64,000 nucleotides of DNA from a virus, in IMG/VR virus record IMGVR_UViG_3300048583_000100, positions 33,428 through 97,427 of that record, one strand, 5' to 3'. The first letter of the stretch is position 1. Each line of letters starts with the position of its first letter. Position numbers and translations under genes: made by a program. This document shows, one piece after another, positions 10,316 through 19,747 of the stretch. The notes under the pieces were generated by a model, which did no database searches, was not told where the DNA came from, and worked only from the letters and a program-made list of their open reading frames with translations.

Positions 10316-10771
10316 TCACCTGCTATACGGAGAGTTATCGTCCAGCATATCCTGCTGGCGCTTGTTCATGAGGAACTTACGGATGCCGTGAGCATCAGCA
10401 AGTGCATTGTGCGGCTGTTCAGAAGGAGCATCGTCACGCACGATTTCGAAAGTGATCGGCGGCGTATCGATGCGCGCACCTGGACCGATGATTAGCGACT
10501 GGCAGAAGTACGCAACATCATCCGGCCAATCAGCGATGATGTGAACACTGTTGAACTGCGCGAGATACATTTGCAGCTTGGAGCAAAACGCATTGCGACC
10601 GATCGGGCTCTTACCCAGAATAGGAAGAACGTTGTCAGCGACCCAAGGGTCAATTGCCATGTGGCTGAACGGAAGGACTTCGTAGAATTCCTTGCCGTCT
10701 TCGGACACGCACGCAAGAGAGATGAGCTCGCCCTGATAGCTGTTGAATTCACAGTCGAGGTAAATGTTCAT
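10316..10771 (-). CDS. DEDDh 3'-5' exonuclease/exoribonuclease-like protein
   Basis: IYLDCEF, ELISLA, PHNALADA motifs. Confidence 0.85.
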   Translation of the reverse strand: MNIYLDCEFNSYQGELISLACVSEDGKEFYEVLPFSHMAIDPWVADNVLPILGKSPIGRNAFCSKLQMYLAQFNSVHIIADWPDDVAYFCQSLIIGPGARIDTPPITFEIVRDDAPSEQPHNALADAHGIRKFLMNKRQQDMLDDNSPYSR

Positions 10772-10937
10772 TCTACGATCTCCCAGAAATGCAGCTCACC
10801 AAAGAACAGCATTGCACTACCATGATCTGCCGAATAAATCCAGCCGTTTCGATCCTGCTTGAGGGTGAATGTTCCCCAATCGGGGTTGTTCCGATTCCTG
10901 ATCTTCAGCCCGACCTTGGCATTGTCCTTAGACAGAA

Positions 10938-11411
10938 TCATGTCGTTTCCTTCGGAGTAATGAGAGCGGTCAGCTCCATGTAGAACTGGAAGTAACGCTG
11001 CATTCGGATGTTGTCTTTGTCGGACAAACCCTTGAGGCGGCGGATGTCCGTGTTGTGGCGAAGGTCAGCGATCTTGACGCGGATGGAATCGCGGTTCGAC
11101 TTGACTCGGTCCTTGTACTCTTCGTACGTCTCACCAGGTACCTTCGTCATGCAGCGGATGCCTTCGATGATTCGCTCGGTGAAGCCCGCCTCGCGGAGCT
11201 CCTTGTACGTGACGTTGCAGTCCTCGATGATGTCATGGCCGAGAGCGATACAGCGGAGCTCTTCATCGGCATTCTCGAGGAGGTACATCACTGCGATCGG
11301 ATGCAGAATGTACGGGCTGCCACCCTTGTCGAACTGGTGGGCGTGCTTGTTCGTGGCAAGCAGCAGCATCTTGTTGAGCAGCTCGCCTTTCTTGAAAGTC
11401 TGGGTAGTCAT
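10938..11411 (-). CDS. HD-domain (p)ppGpp hydrolase-like protein (small alarmone hydrolase / Mesh1-like)
   Basis: HAHQFDKGGSPYILHP, ALGHDIIED, VKIADLRHN. Confidence 0.85.
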   Translation of the reverse strand: MTTQTFKKGELLNKMLLLATNKHAHQFDKGGSPYILHPIAVMYLLENADEELRCIALGHDIIEDCNVTYKELREAGFTERIIEGIRCMTKVPGETYEEYKDRVKSNRDSIRVKIADLRHNTDIRRLKGLSDKDNIRMQRYFQFYMELTALITPKETT

Positions 11412-11434
11412 ATCGGTTCTCCGAAAGTCAATTT

Positions 11435-11464
11435 ATTGTATCACAGGGCAGGTCTTCCGTAAAC
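11435..11464 (-). promoter_or_regulatory. T4-early-like promoter GTTTAC-N18-TACAAT
   Basis: Consensus match. Confidence 0.75.
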
Positions 11465-11471
11465 TGAAGCC

Positions 11472-11478
11472 ATAAATA
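11472..11478 (+). promoter_or_regulatory. T4-late-like promoter element ATAAATA
   Basis: About 25 bp upstream of the plus-strand gene at 11501; the same element precedes the tail-fibre genes. Confidence 0.6.
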
Positions 11479-11500
11479 TCGTAGACCCAGGAGGAACACC

Positions 11501-11899
11501 ATGACCATTCTTCAAGATTTGCTGACTCTTCGCGAAGCAGAAGACCTCAACCCAGACGTGCCAAAGGCAGTTAACGCTATCAAGCGCAAACTGAAGGAAC
11601 CGTTCGGTAGAGAGCAGGTTAAGATTACGCTGACTCCGTCAGGTAACAAGATTGTCATCCTCCTCGAATTCAACCGCACGCTGACTGAAAAGGAATTCGA
11701 CTACGCTGTCGATGACCTCAAGGACGCAATCGAAAAGGCCGACGAGTCTGGTCGATGGGAATTCAAGGACACTGGATCGTACTTCGCTGATCCAGCTGCT
11801 CTCATGCCCAAGCGTGGCGTGATGATGGATCAAGGTGCGTTGCTTTGCGATATCGAATACACCGTTACCGTCCCAAATACGATTCGCAAGAAGCGCTAA
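11501..11899 (+). CDS. Late protein, putative internal head protein
   Basis: SD GGAGGA; N-terminus MTILQDLLTLREA. Confidence 0.7.
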   Translation: MTILQDLLTLREAEDLNPDVPKAVNAIKRKLKEPFGREQVKITLTPSGNKIVILLEFNRTLTEKEFDYAVDDLKDAIEKADESGRWEFKDTGSYFADPAALMPKRGVMMDQGALLCDIEYTVTVPNTIRKKR

Positions 11900-11935
11900 C
11901 GCGCAGCTATAGTCCTTCAAACTTCGGCGCCCAAA

Positions 11936-12949
11936 ATGTTTACCTTCAAACAGTTCATCAGCGAGTCTACACTCCACGTGTTTGACATCGACGACACCCT
12001 ATTCAAGACGTCTGCTAAGGTAGTCGTTAAGAAGGGCGGCAAAATCGTTCGCTCGCTGTCTTCGTCTGAATACAACAAGGACAAGCTGAAGGACGGAGAA
12101 GTCTACGACTTCGATGAGTTCCGTTCTGCTAGGAAGTTCAAGGACGAGTCAGAGCCAATGCAGGACATGCTCGATACCGTCAATCGTATCCACAACAAGA
12201 TCAAGATGAACCTTACTCCTGGTTCCAAGATCATCATGAACACCGCTCGTAGCGATTTCGATGAGCGTGATACGTTCCTTGGTAAGTTCAGAGATCACAA
12301 AGTGGACATCGACGATATCCACGTTCATCGTGCTGGCAATGTCAAGGGCGATCAACCTACTGCAGCCAAGAAGCTCGTATTCATCCGTGGCTACTTGAAG
12401 TCTGGCAAGTACAGCAACGTCATGATGTACGATGACAGCGAAAAGAATCTAGACCATTTCCTCGGTCTTCGCGAAGAGTTCCCAGACGTAAAATTCCACG
12501 CCTACCTTGTCAAGCACACCGGTAAGCTAGTGCAGTACAACTCAGCTGAGAAGGTTACCGAGGATGATGCCGAGCTGAAAGAAAAGTATCAGCGTTGGAA
12601 GAAGCTCGTCAACATGCCATCGCCTACACTCCAGAAGTTCATTGACTCGGACACTGGCAAAGATGCCGGCCTGTCTAGACAGGAAGCTTCGTCTTTGGGG
12701 ATTAAGAGTGGGCGCGATTCAGCCCGTGCTATCCTAAGAATGCGCGCAAAGCCATTCTCCGAGTGGACAGCAGATGACATCAAGTGGATGAATCGCCAAA
12801 TCTCATTCGTAAGTCGAATGACTGGCAACCAAGGCCCGATGTTCCAGATGAAAGATGGAAAGAAGGTTCCTACTCGTAAGCTTACGAGTCTCTGGATTTG
12901 GGGTAACGTGCCAGCGGGTCATTCACCTGGCACGTACCGCATCTTTTAA
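11936..12949 (+). CDS. HAD-family phosphatase (RNA-repair/PNKP-like HAD) fused to a DUF3140-like domain; capsid-targeting-like N-terminus
   Basis: MFTFKQFISE; FDIDDTL, NTAR, K, YDDSEKNL HAD motifs; C-terminal LVNM...SGRDSARAIL...SLWIWG. Confidence 0.8.
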   Translation: MFTFKQFISESTLHVFDIDDTLFKTSAKVVVKKGGKIVRSLSSSEYNKDKLKDGEVYDFDEFRSARKFKDESEPMQDMLDTVNRIHNKIKMNLTPGSKIIMNTARSDFDERDTFLGKFRDHKVDIDDIHVHRAGNVKGDQPTAAKKLVFIRGYLKSGKYSNVMMYDDSEKNLDHFLGLREEFPDVKFHAYLVKHTGKLVQYNSAEKVTEDDAELKEKYQRWKKLVNMPSPTLQKFIDSDTGKDAGLSRQEASSLGIKSGRDSARAILRMRAKPFSEWTADDIKWMNRQISFVSRMTGNQGPMFQMKDGKKVPTRKLTSLWIWGNVPAGHSPGTYRIF

Positions 12950-13494
12950 CGCTCTCGATCCCGCGCGTCATACGGCGGGACTGCGTTCAACTTCGACTTG
13001 ATACTTTCCCAGCTGACTGGGGTGTATCCATGTGCGTCGACACCAACGTCATATCGACGATTGGTACCGTCATTGGCGATCTTCCCGTGAACATGGCCGT
13101 GAAGCATCATCGAACCGTGAAAGGCCTTCTCCCAGCTCAGCAGCGGGTAGTGGCACATGTTGACCAGATGCCCATCAAAGGTTTCGCGATGAAGGTCTGG
13201 CACCAAGCGATGGAACTTCCGCTGCATGGCTTCCGAGTATCGAATGCGCTTGTCATGGTTGCCGAGAAGCAGAATGATCTTGCCCTGAAGTCGGCGCAGA
13301 ATCTGAATTGCTCGCTGCTCGGGGCAGAAGAAGATGTCGCCAAGCACCCACACTTCGTCTCCGTCTTGAACGACAGAATTCCAGTTGGCGATCAGCGTCT
13401 CATCCATCTCTTCGGCATTTGCGAAGGGACGAGAGCAGTACTTGATGATGTTTTCGTGCCCGAAATGCGGGTCACTTGTAAAGAACCTGTTCAT
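12946..13494 (-). CDS. Calcineurin-like metallophosphoesterase
   Basis: FTSDPHFGH, LGD, GNHD, CHYP, LHGHVH, DVGVD. Confidence 0.92.
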   Translation of the reverse strand: MNRFFTSDPHFGHENIIKYCSRPFANAEEMDETLIANWNSVVQDGDEVWVLGDIFFCPEQRAIQILRRLQGKIILLLGNHDKRIRYSEAMQRKFHRLVPDLHRETFDGHLVNMCHYPLLSWEKAFHGSMMLHGHVHGKIANDGTNRRYDVGVDAHGYTPVSWESIKSKLNAVPPYDARDRER

Positions 13495-13662
13495 CAGCTA
13501 TTCCTGAACCACGCTCGGACGTTGCTGAACAGATTGTACTTGACGATGTCGTGCCAGGCAACTACGCCAATGCAAACGACGATCGAGAACAGCCCATACC
13601 CAACGATGGCGTACATTGCAGCTTCTTCATTACTCATCTGATTTCTCCTAATCACTTAGGTC

Positions 13663-13692
13663 ATTATACACCACGGTGAATCAGACGTACAC
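13663..13692 (-). promoter_or_regulatory. Early-type promoter GTGTAC-N18-TATAAT
   Basis: Consensus match. Confidence 0.7.
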
Positions 13693-13694
13693 TG

Positions 13695-14189
13695 TCAACC
13701 TGCGAGTCGCTCCATGTCTCCGAGTTCAAGAAGCTGCTTGATGTAGAGACAGGCGTCCATCACTGCGCCCTCACCACCCTTGTTAGGTGTCACGAAATTT
13801 GCAGCCTTGATAGCTTCAATTCGCGCATTCGCGGGTGCGATACCAATTGCGCAAGTCTTGATGCATGGCGCATCGTAGTAGCCGTCGCCCATGAAAATGG
13901 TTTCGCGTGGATTCATCTGATGAATGAATTCAAGTCTGTCTTCTTCGGGTATAAACGTCAGCTCATATCCCATGTCTGCACAAATTCTGCGATGTGTAAT
14001 CTCGTAGCCTCTCTTATCGGCAGAGATAAACTGAATTCGAAGACGATTGCGAAGCATCTTCAATCCATCTGCATCATGCGGGCCAAACACCTTCGCTAGC
14101 TTGCCAGCAGCAGTGTAAATGAACTGCCCGTTAGTCATGACACCATCGACATCAAGGATGAAGTTTTTCAGATCTGCGGTTCTAAACAT
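13695..14189 (-). CDS. KdsC-like HAD sugar-phosphate phosphatase
   Basis: ILDVDGVMTNG, DADGLKML, FMGDGYYD, GGEGAV; start at MFRTAD. Confidence 0.85.
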   Translation of the reverse strand: MFRTADLKNFILDVDGVMTNGQFIYTAAGKLAKVFGPHDADGLKMLRNRLRIQFISADKRGYEITHRRICADMGYELTFIPEEDRLEFIHQMNPRETIFMGDGYYDAPCIKTCAIGIAPANARIEAIKAANFVTPNKGGEGAVMDACLYIKQLLELGDMERLAG

Positions 14190-15699
14190 TGGTGTTGACC
14201 TTGTGGTTGAGTCGTTCGAGAGCCAGACAGAATAGTAGCTTATCGAGTGGAGCATTGTGGAGAGGAGCCATGTTCAGGAAAATCAGCGTGACCATATCGT
14301 CAATGATCGGGCTTGGGAGCATGTGCTTGAATTTTTCGCGGAAGGCAATGAACTCTGGACGGCTTTCGAATCCAAACGAGCACGAGTCTCCGTCTTCAGA
14401 CACCCAGAATTTGTGTTCGCGAATGTAATCGTAGTTGACTATCATGCCACCTACCAGCTTCGCAGCATCATAATAGAGATCGCCGACTTTGATCTGCCCA
14501 CCGAAATCCTGTCTCCAGTCGATGAGCGTAAACTTCTCACCATCGTAGATGACGTTGTCGAACTGAAGATCACCATGGAAGAACACCGAACGAGTCTTCA
14601 GATCGGTGTTGAGCATTGCATTCCAATCGATGTGATGCTGAATGCCATTGTCGATGTCGACTTTTAGCACTCGCCCGTTGATGATCTTTGGATTGAATGT
14701 CGGGTACTTGTCTCGGAAAACCTGTAGACGACGCATCGTCTTGTCGTAGTAGAATTTGCGGCACAGCTCAGGAGTAAGCGTCTTGCTCTCATCCATCTGC
14801 CATACTTCGAATGCCATCCACTCCAAGAATTTCGTAAAGGTTTCGGCAGTTAGCGACTTGTAGAGCACATCACCTGGCACAAAGTGATACGAGTACCATG
14901 GCCCACGGTGTTCAATGATCTTTGGAAAGAGATGCTCTCTGCCTTCGATTCGAGCAAGACGATTCATCGTGTTAGCTGGATTGCGGAACCACTTGATGAC
15001 TCGATTGTTGACGATGTAGAGGAACTCGTCTGACTTGCTGTTGTCAAATGGTGAAGTCTCCTTAGAAAACTTCTCATAGCGCTCGTAGGTGCCAAGATCA
15101 ACCCAAGGAAGCTCGATTGAATGTACCTCATTAGCAGTCCAACCGCTGGCGAGCTCGATACCGTTCAGACCGTTCCAAAAATGCTTTGTGTCCTTGATGT
15201 AGAAAACACCAGAGACAGCAATTCCAGAATCGAAATGCTGCTTGTCAACCACCGTGTCGATGCGCGTACCGTCTAGAGCTACGTTGCAGTACGCAGGAGA
15301 ATCCATTGGATCAATGCGAGCAGTCGCTACATAGTTCTTATCTTCGGGAATGTCATTGAGCCCCTCGTAGTATCCATCACAAGCGATCAGATAGAAGGGC
15401 CCGTCGATATGCGCACCTGCGGCGAGCAATGATTGGGCTGGACCAGCACCCGGCCCATCAAAGTTTTCGACGTACGAGTAAAGGAAATTCCGTTCTGGGT
15501 GGGCGAGCGATAGATAGTCGCGAACTTGGTCGTGCTTGTACCCCACAGCAACCACGAACTTCGTGTCTTGGGGAAATTGCTCGATGATGTGCGAAATGAT
15601 TGCCTTGCCTCGAATGGGAAGCAGCGTCTTGTTGATGACGGTACTGTACTTTCCCATTCGCGATCCCGTTCCTGCTGTGAGGAGGACCACTGTTTTCAT
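14182..15699 (-). CDS. NTP-transferase (sugar/choline-phosphate nucleotidyltransferase) fused to an APH/choline-kinase-like phosphotransferase
   Basis: LLTAGTGSRMG...KTLLPI, WVDLGT; C-terminal FHGDLQFDNV, LIDWR, GDLYYDAAK. Confidence 0.85.
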   Translation of the reverse strand: MKTVVLLTAGTGSRMGKYSTVINKTLLPIRGKAIISHIIEQFPQDTKFVVAVGYKHDQVRDYLSLAHPERNFLYSYVENFDGPGAGPAQSLLAAGAHIDGPFYLIACDGYYEGLNDIPEDKNYVATARIDPMDSPAYCNVALDGTRIDTVVDKQHFDSGIAVSGVFYIKDTKHFWNGLNGIELASGWTANEVHSIELPWVDLGTYERYEKFSKETSPFDNSKSDEFLYIVNNRVIKWFRNPANTMNRLARIEGREHLFPKIIEHRGPWYSYHFVPGDVLYKSLTAETFTKFLEWMAFEVWQMDESKTLTPELCRKFYYDKTMRRLQVFRDKYPTFNPKIINGRVLKVDIDNGIQHHIDWNAMLNTDLKTRSVFFHGDLQFDNVIYDGEKFTLIDWRQDFGGQIKVGDLYYDAAKLVGGMIVNYDYIREHKFWVSEDGDSCSFGFESRPEFIAFREKFKHMLPSPIIDDMVTLIFLNMAPLHNAPLDKLLFCLALERLNHKVNTNV

Positions 15700-15766
15700 T
15701 TGATGACCTGATAAGATGCCCATGGTATGCAAGTATTTACCTCAAGCTCTACCAGACCCCGCGCAC

Positions 15767-15795
15767 AAAAAAGCCTGAGCTTCGGACTCAGGCTT
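15767..15795 (-). terminator. Rho-independent terminator
   Basis: AAGCCTGAG...CTCAGGCTT stem followed by a T-run on the minus strand. Confidence 0.75.
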
Positions 15796-15831
15796 CCTCG
15801 TGATGGTGCCTACTCCATCTAGCGCAGAGGG

Positions 15832-16212
15832 TTACAGGGCTTCAGCGATCTTGGCAGCCAGCTTGGCCTGGTCCTTGAAGTTGGAAGCACCCGGGATGCC
15901 GTAGGCTTCGCCAGTCAGCACCAGCTTCGGCAGGTTGCGCGGGGACAGGGCGGGACCGTTGCCGGCCTTCACGCTCGCCAGCCAGACCGGACCGAACTTG
16001 AAGCCACGGGGACCAGCAGTGCGGACGGCGCCAGCCTTGCGGACGCGGAGAGCGGCAGCCGACTTCGGCTTGGACTTCGCCTTGGTGCCGAGATCGGCAG
16101 CCTTGATCGCAGCTTCCGCTTTGGCCTTGTTGTCGAAGCCCTTGCGGAGCGGCAGACCAGCCAGCTTGGCGAGGACGTTGTAACGGGTGACCAGATCATT
16201 CATCGTGCTCAT
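15832..16212 (-). CDS. Basic Ala/Lys-rich protein (paralogue of 17171..17641)
   Basis: Start MSTMND after SD AAGGAG; FKFGPVWLASV motif. Confidence 0.75.
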   Translation of the reverse strand: MSTMNDLVTRYNVLAKLAGLPLRKGFDNKAKAEAAIKAADLGTKAKSKPKSAAALRVRKAGAVRTAGPRGFKFGPVWLASVKAGNGPALSPRNLPKLVLTGEAYGIPGASNFKDQAKLAAKIAEAL

Positions 16213-16240
16213 TTGAAACTCCTTCATCAGTGGGATTGGT

Positions 16241-16492
16241 TTATGAGAGAACAGTACCGCAACATCTGCAGACACGTGGAGCGGGTATTACGACGGGACG
16301 GACAGCATGATTGAGGCTGGTGATTCGGAACCAGCGGGTTCCAAGATGTTTCTGGCGCTTTTTGACTTCCACCATCGCCACGGCCTTGAGGTTGTCAACC
16401 ATGACGACTTCGCCGGTGTGACCCATCAGACCTTCACCTTGGCTGACAATCTGGACGAAGTCACCGATTCGAATGGGCTCTTGTGCGTTCAT
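16241..16492 (-). CDS. KOW-like hypothetical protein
   Basis: IRIGDFVQIV...GHTGEV; C-terminal CRCC. Confidence 0.6.
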   Translation of the reverse strand: MNAQEPIRIGDFVQIVSQGEGLMGHTGEVVMVDNLKAVAMVEVKKRQKHLGTRWFRITSLNHAVRPVVIPAPRVCRCCGTVLS

Positions 16493-16818
16493 TCCAGCCC
16501 CAGCAACTTCCGATCTTCAGCAGTCAGCTTGGCAAGGGCAGCTCGACGGGCTTGACTCTCTATGCCATTCCAGAACTGCTCCGCGGTCTGGTAGATGTGG
16601 AGGTTGATCTCTGCGACGGCGCTGTGCTCGCTGCCGGGGCGGTGGATACCTTGGACGCAGTAGCGTGCGAATCGCGGATCATCAACGACCTTGAGCGCCT
16701 CTTCCTTGGAGTTCATGTATGCCATGGTCACCATCGGCCCACGACCTTCATTGGTGTCAGCGTTGCGATTGATGGAGAACACTTTGATCGGATTGGTCAT
16801 GTCAGTAGCCTCGTTCAT
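16489..16818 (-). CDS. Hypothetical protein
   Basis: Probable start MNEAT; ends ALAKLTAEDRKLLGL. Confidence 0.6.
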   Translation of the reverse strand: MNEATDMTNPIKVFSINRNADTNEGRGPMVTMAYMNSKEEALKVVDDPRFARYCVQGIHRPGSEHSAVAEINLHIYQTAEQFWNGIESQARRAALAKLTAEDRKLLGLE

Positions 16819-17105
16819 GCGTAGAGCCAGCCATCTTTCTGTGCACCTTCGATGGCGTCCTTGATGTTCTTGCCGTAGCTCGACCAGAAACCGAGACCGT
16901 TGGCATACCAAACCACGATCTGGTTGGGAGCTTGTCGGTGGCCCTTGCCGAGATACATGAACGTCTTGCCTTCTTCGCCGAAGTTCTTGACCACGTAGAA
17001 CGTTTCGAAGTCAGCCACGTGGTCCATTCCCTTGGGAAGGTCCGACTTGTAGATGCTTCGTACGAAGAGGGTGTGGCCCGAAGCTACGCTGATGGTCTTT
17101 TTCAC
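16815..17105 (-). CDS. Hypothetical protein
   Basis: Probable GTG start after AAGGAG. Confidence 0.6.
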   Translation of the reverse strand: MKKTISVASGHTLFVRSIYKSDLPKGMDHVADFETFYVVKNFGEEGKTFMYLGKGHRQAPNQIVVWYANGLGFWSSYGKNIKDAIEGAQKDGWLYA

Positions 17106-17170
17106 GAGAGGCTCCTTAAAGATGTCCAGGCCGGTCTTTCGACCTGGACACAATCGCTGCGGGGAGAAGA

Positions 17171-17641
17171 TCAGAAGGTGGCAGCGATCTTGCTGCAGAG
17201 GTCCTTGATGTCCAGCTTCTCAGGAGCCTTGATGCCGGCCAGGAGGGCCTGGTGGTTGAGCTTCTCGCGGTTGGCTTCGGCGGTAGCGATGCCCTTACCC
17301 TTGGTCACCGAGGCGTTCCAGATGGGACCGAAGGAGAAGCGGACGCCGTTGGCGGCAGCAACCTTGATGCGGACACCCTTGGGGCTGGACTTGATCTTGA
17401 GCTTCTTCTCGGCGGCAGGAGCGGCCATGTCGGCGACCAGCGCGGTGAGGGGAGCATCACCTTCAGCTTCGACCATCGCAGCAGCTTCCTTGACCATGCG
17501 GACGAACTGCATGTTGTCCAGGGAGACCACGAAGTTGTTCACGAGCGGGAACTTCTGGGCAATCCGACGGAGCTTGTCCATCGCGATCGGATTGGATTCG
17601 TCCAGGGCAAGACCGGTGATTTTCGAGATTTCCTTGATCAT
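17171..17641 (-). CDS. Basic Ala/Lys-rich early protein (paralogue of 15832..16212)
   Basis: FSFGPIWNASV motif; first gene after the promoter at 17704. Confidence 0.8.
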   Translation of the reverse strand: MIKEISKITGLALDESNPIAMDKLRRIAQKFPLVNNFVVSLDNMQFVRMVKEAAAMVEAEGDAPLTALVADMAAPAAEKKLKIKSSPKGVRIKVAAANGVRFSFGPIWNASVTKGKGIATAEANREKLNHQALLAGIKAPEKLDIKDLCSKIAATF

Positions 17642-17703
17642 CTGAGTATTTCCTTCGTCAGTAGTAGGGTTGATCAGATTTCGTTTCGTCCGATCATGTA
17701 GCT

Positions 17704-17732
17704 ATTATACACTAACCTGCGGAGATGTACAC
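17704..17732 (-). promoter_or_regulatory. Early-type promoter GTGTAC-N17-TATAAT
   Basis: Consensus match, immediately downstream of repeat array 1. Confidence 0.75.
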
Positions 17733-17756
17733 AGTTTTGTTCGGTTATTTTCACTT

Positions 17757-17911
17757 CTAAGTGATTGATCCGTATAGGCTTTCTGGAGCGTATCCCTAAG
17801 TGATTGATCCGTAAAGGAAACTATTTTCAGTTAGTTTCACTCCCTAAGTGATTGATCCGTATAGGCTTTCTGGAGTGCTTCCCTAAGTGATTGATCCGTA
17901 TAGGCTTTCTG
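17757..17911 (+). repeat. Repeat array 1: 4 x CTAAGTGATTGATCCGTA(T/A)AGG
   Basis: Copies start at 17757, 17796, 17844 and 17883. Confidence 0.95.
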
Positions 17912-17983
17912 TAGGCTAGAAACCGTGACCCCAGAGGTCCCCTGGGTCTGGGTGCACCCAGAGAACCTATGTGATAGTCTATC

Positions 17984-18358
17984 TTAGGGTTCTACAACCG
18001 TGCACCCAGAGGGGAGTCCGAGACCGAAGCTGTCAGGTCCTAGGATTTCGTATCCGCGGACAGGAGCCGCAGCGGTCCTGAGCAGCTGGTATCCAAGGAT
18101 GAGCTCGGCGTCTAGAAGACCCTGCCCAATCTGCTCGAGGTATTTCTGGTTGCCCTCGCGAGCAACGATGATCTTGTTGCTGTGAGCATGGTCGCTCTTG
18201 GCAATCTGGATGTCGCCACCTTGGTGCTCGATCATCAGAATGTAGAGCTCTTCAACGTGTACGGTCATGTCGGGTCCTTTCATCATTGCGCCACAGTTAG
18301 CACAGGGGCCGCGGTGACGGATTATGTTTCCACAGCCAGGGCATCCAGGCTCGCTCAT
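17984..18358 (-). CDS. Hypothetical protein with N-terminal CxxC...CxxC
   Basis: Probable start MSEPGCPGC. Confidence 0.55.
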   Translation of the reverse strand: MSEPGCPGCGNIIRHRGPCANCGAMMKGPDMTVHVEELYILMIEHQGGDIQIAKSDHAHSNKIIVAREGNQKYLEQIGQGLLDAELILGYQLLRTAAAPVRGYEILGPDSFGLGLPSGCTVVEP

Positions 18359-18702
18359 ATAGATAGCTCGTAGTTGGGGTTGCCGAGGTTTTCCAGAGCA
18401 GCCTTCCGTTCCTTCTTGGTCCACCTTCTGCCCCAGGCATTCCAGTACGTGCCGAAATGCGGGTTGTACTTTGCAGCCCACCGCTTAAGGACGCGTAGGG
18501 AGTCCATTCGAACGTATCGACCCTTTCGAATGGTGCCCTTGTAGTCAGAGAGCACGAGCTCATCCGGCTGGTAGACACTCACGTGAGAGCCGCCACAGAC
18601 AACAACGAGGCGACCATCAGGAAGGATGCGCCAGATTCGGCCGTAAAGAATCCAGCCGTCAGCTTGCTCCTTCTTGGAGAAGACGATGTCGTTACGCTTC
18701 AT
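18355..18702 (-). CDS. Hypothetical protein
   Basis: Packed ORF. Confidence 0.6.
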   Translation of the reverse strand: MKRNDIVFSKKEQADGWILYGRIWRILPDGRLVVVCGGSHVSVYQPDELVLSDYKGTIRKGRYVRMDSLRVLKRWAAKYNPHFGTYWNAWGRRWTKKERKAALENLGNPNYELSI

Positions 18703-18803
18703 CTTGCTCCTCCATGATGCGTTCGATGTCGAGCTTGAGAATCACGAACTCGCCACCCAGAATGGGGTCTGGAACCAGCTTGACTGGGATGCCGTTGACT
18801 GTC

Positions 18804-19064
18804 TCAAACTGCTTCATCGGCCCGCTCGCCCTTGACATGCCATGAGATATAGAAGCGATCCAGTTGATAGCTGCCCGGCTTCTTTCTGAATTTGAAATTG
18901 CCCTTGACGAGGACTTGCTCGATGGCATCGGCGAAATACTTCTCAACGTCGAATACCAGGCTGAGCTTGCCGTCCTCTGCTAGCCTCTTGATAGCCTTTA
19001 CCAGACTATTCGTCTTCGCCTGTACGGCTATTGCATGTGCGGTTGCGGAGTCGATGGTGCCCAT
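18804..19064 (-). CDS. Hypothetical protein
   Basis: Packed ORF; weakly similar to 19067..19324 (AI...A..G). Confidence 0.55.
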   Translation of the reverse strand: MGTIDSATAHAIAVQAKTNSLVKAIKRLAEDGKLSLVFDVEKYFADAIEQVLVKGNFKFRKKPGSYQLDRFYISWHVKGERADEAV

Positions 19065-19066
19065 GT

Positions 19067-19324
19067 TTATTCCTTTTCACTGAAGGAGAAGTCGATGGTA
19101 TATTCCACGACCCTTGGAGCCTTTTCTGCTACCGTGTACTTGTAGCCGTTTTGACTTAAAGTTTGCGAGATGATTTCCCGGAATGCTTCGGTTGTTTCAA
19201 ACACTGCATAGAGGAAACCTTTCTGCGCACTTTCGTCAATTGCCGTCTTTAATCGTTCGATGTGTGACCACTGGGCCATAGCGTATGCATCTCTTGCCTG
19301 GCGAAATGCTTGGTTCATGTTCAT
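19067..19324 (-). CDS. Hypothetical protein
   Basis: Packed ORF. Confidence 0.55.
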   Translation of the reverse strand: MNMNQAFRQARDAYAMAQWSHIERLKTAIDESAQKGFLYAVFETTEAFREIISQTLSQNGYKYTVAEKAPRVVEYTIDFSFSEKE

Positions 19325-19327
19325 TCC

Positions 19328-19747
19328 TTATGGCGCGAGGTTGTCGTTCCTGAAGCGGGCCTTCTCGACGAACTCGGACGGTACTTCGAGGACCGCATTT
19401 TCGTACTTGTAGACCCGCAGATGTTCCGGCGGTCCGCCAAAGCCCCAGCCCATGTCGTCATCGGAGCTCTGGATGGTGTCGTACTGATTCGTGCGACGCT
19501 TGAGCGTCACGTTCAGCACCCAGACTTCACTGTCGCCAGTGCTGCGAATCGGGGTAACCTTCTCGAGCTCCCAGCCGTCCTTGCGAAGGTACTTGCCAGT
19601 CAGCTCTTGCGTCTGGCTCCACCACGCGGTGCCGAGAACGTAGACTTGTGAGCCGAAGCGCAGCTTGAGCTCTTCGATCAGCATCTGGTAGCTTCCCCAG
19701 TTGGTGCTGAGAGCGCATGCGTACATCTTACCACGCGACATATTCAT
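19328..19747 (-). CDS. Hypothetical protein
   Basis: Packed ORF. Confidence 0.6.
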   Translation of the reverse strand: MNMSRGKMYACALSTNWGSYQMLIEELKLRFGSQVYVLGTAWWSQTQELTGKYLRKDGWELEKVTPIRSTGDSEVWVLNVTLKRRTNQYDTIQSSDDDMGWGFGGPPEHLRVYKYENAVLEVPSEFVEKARFRNDNLAP

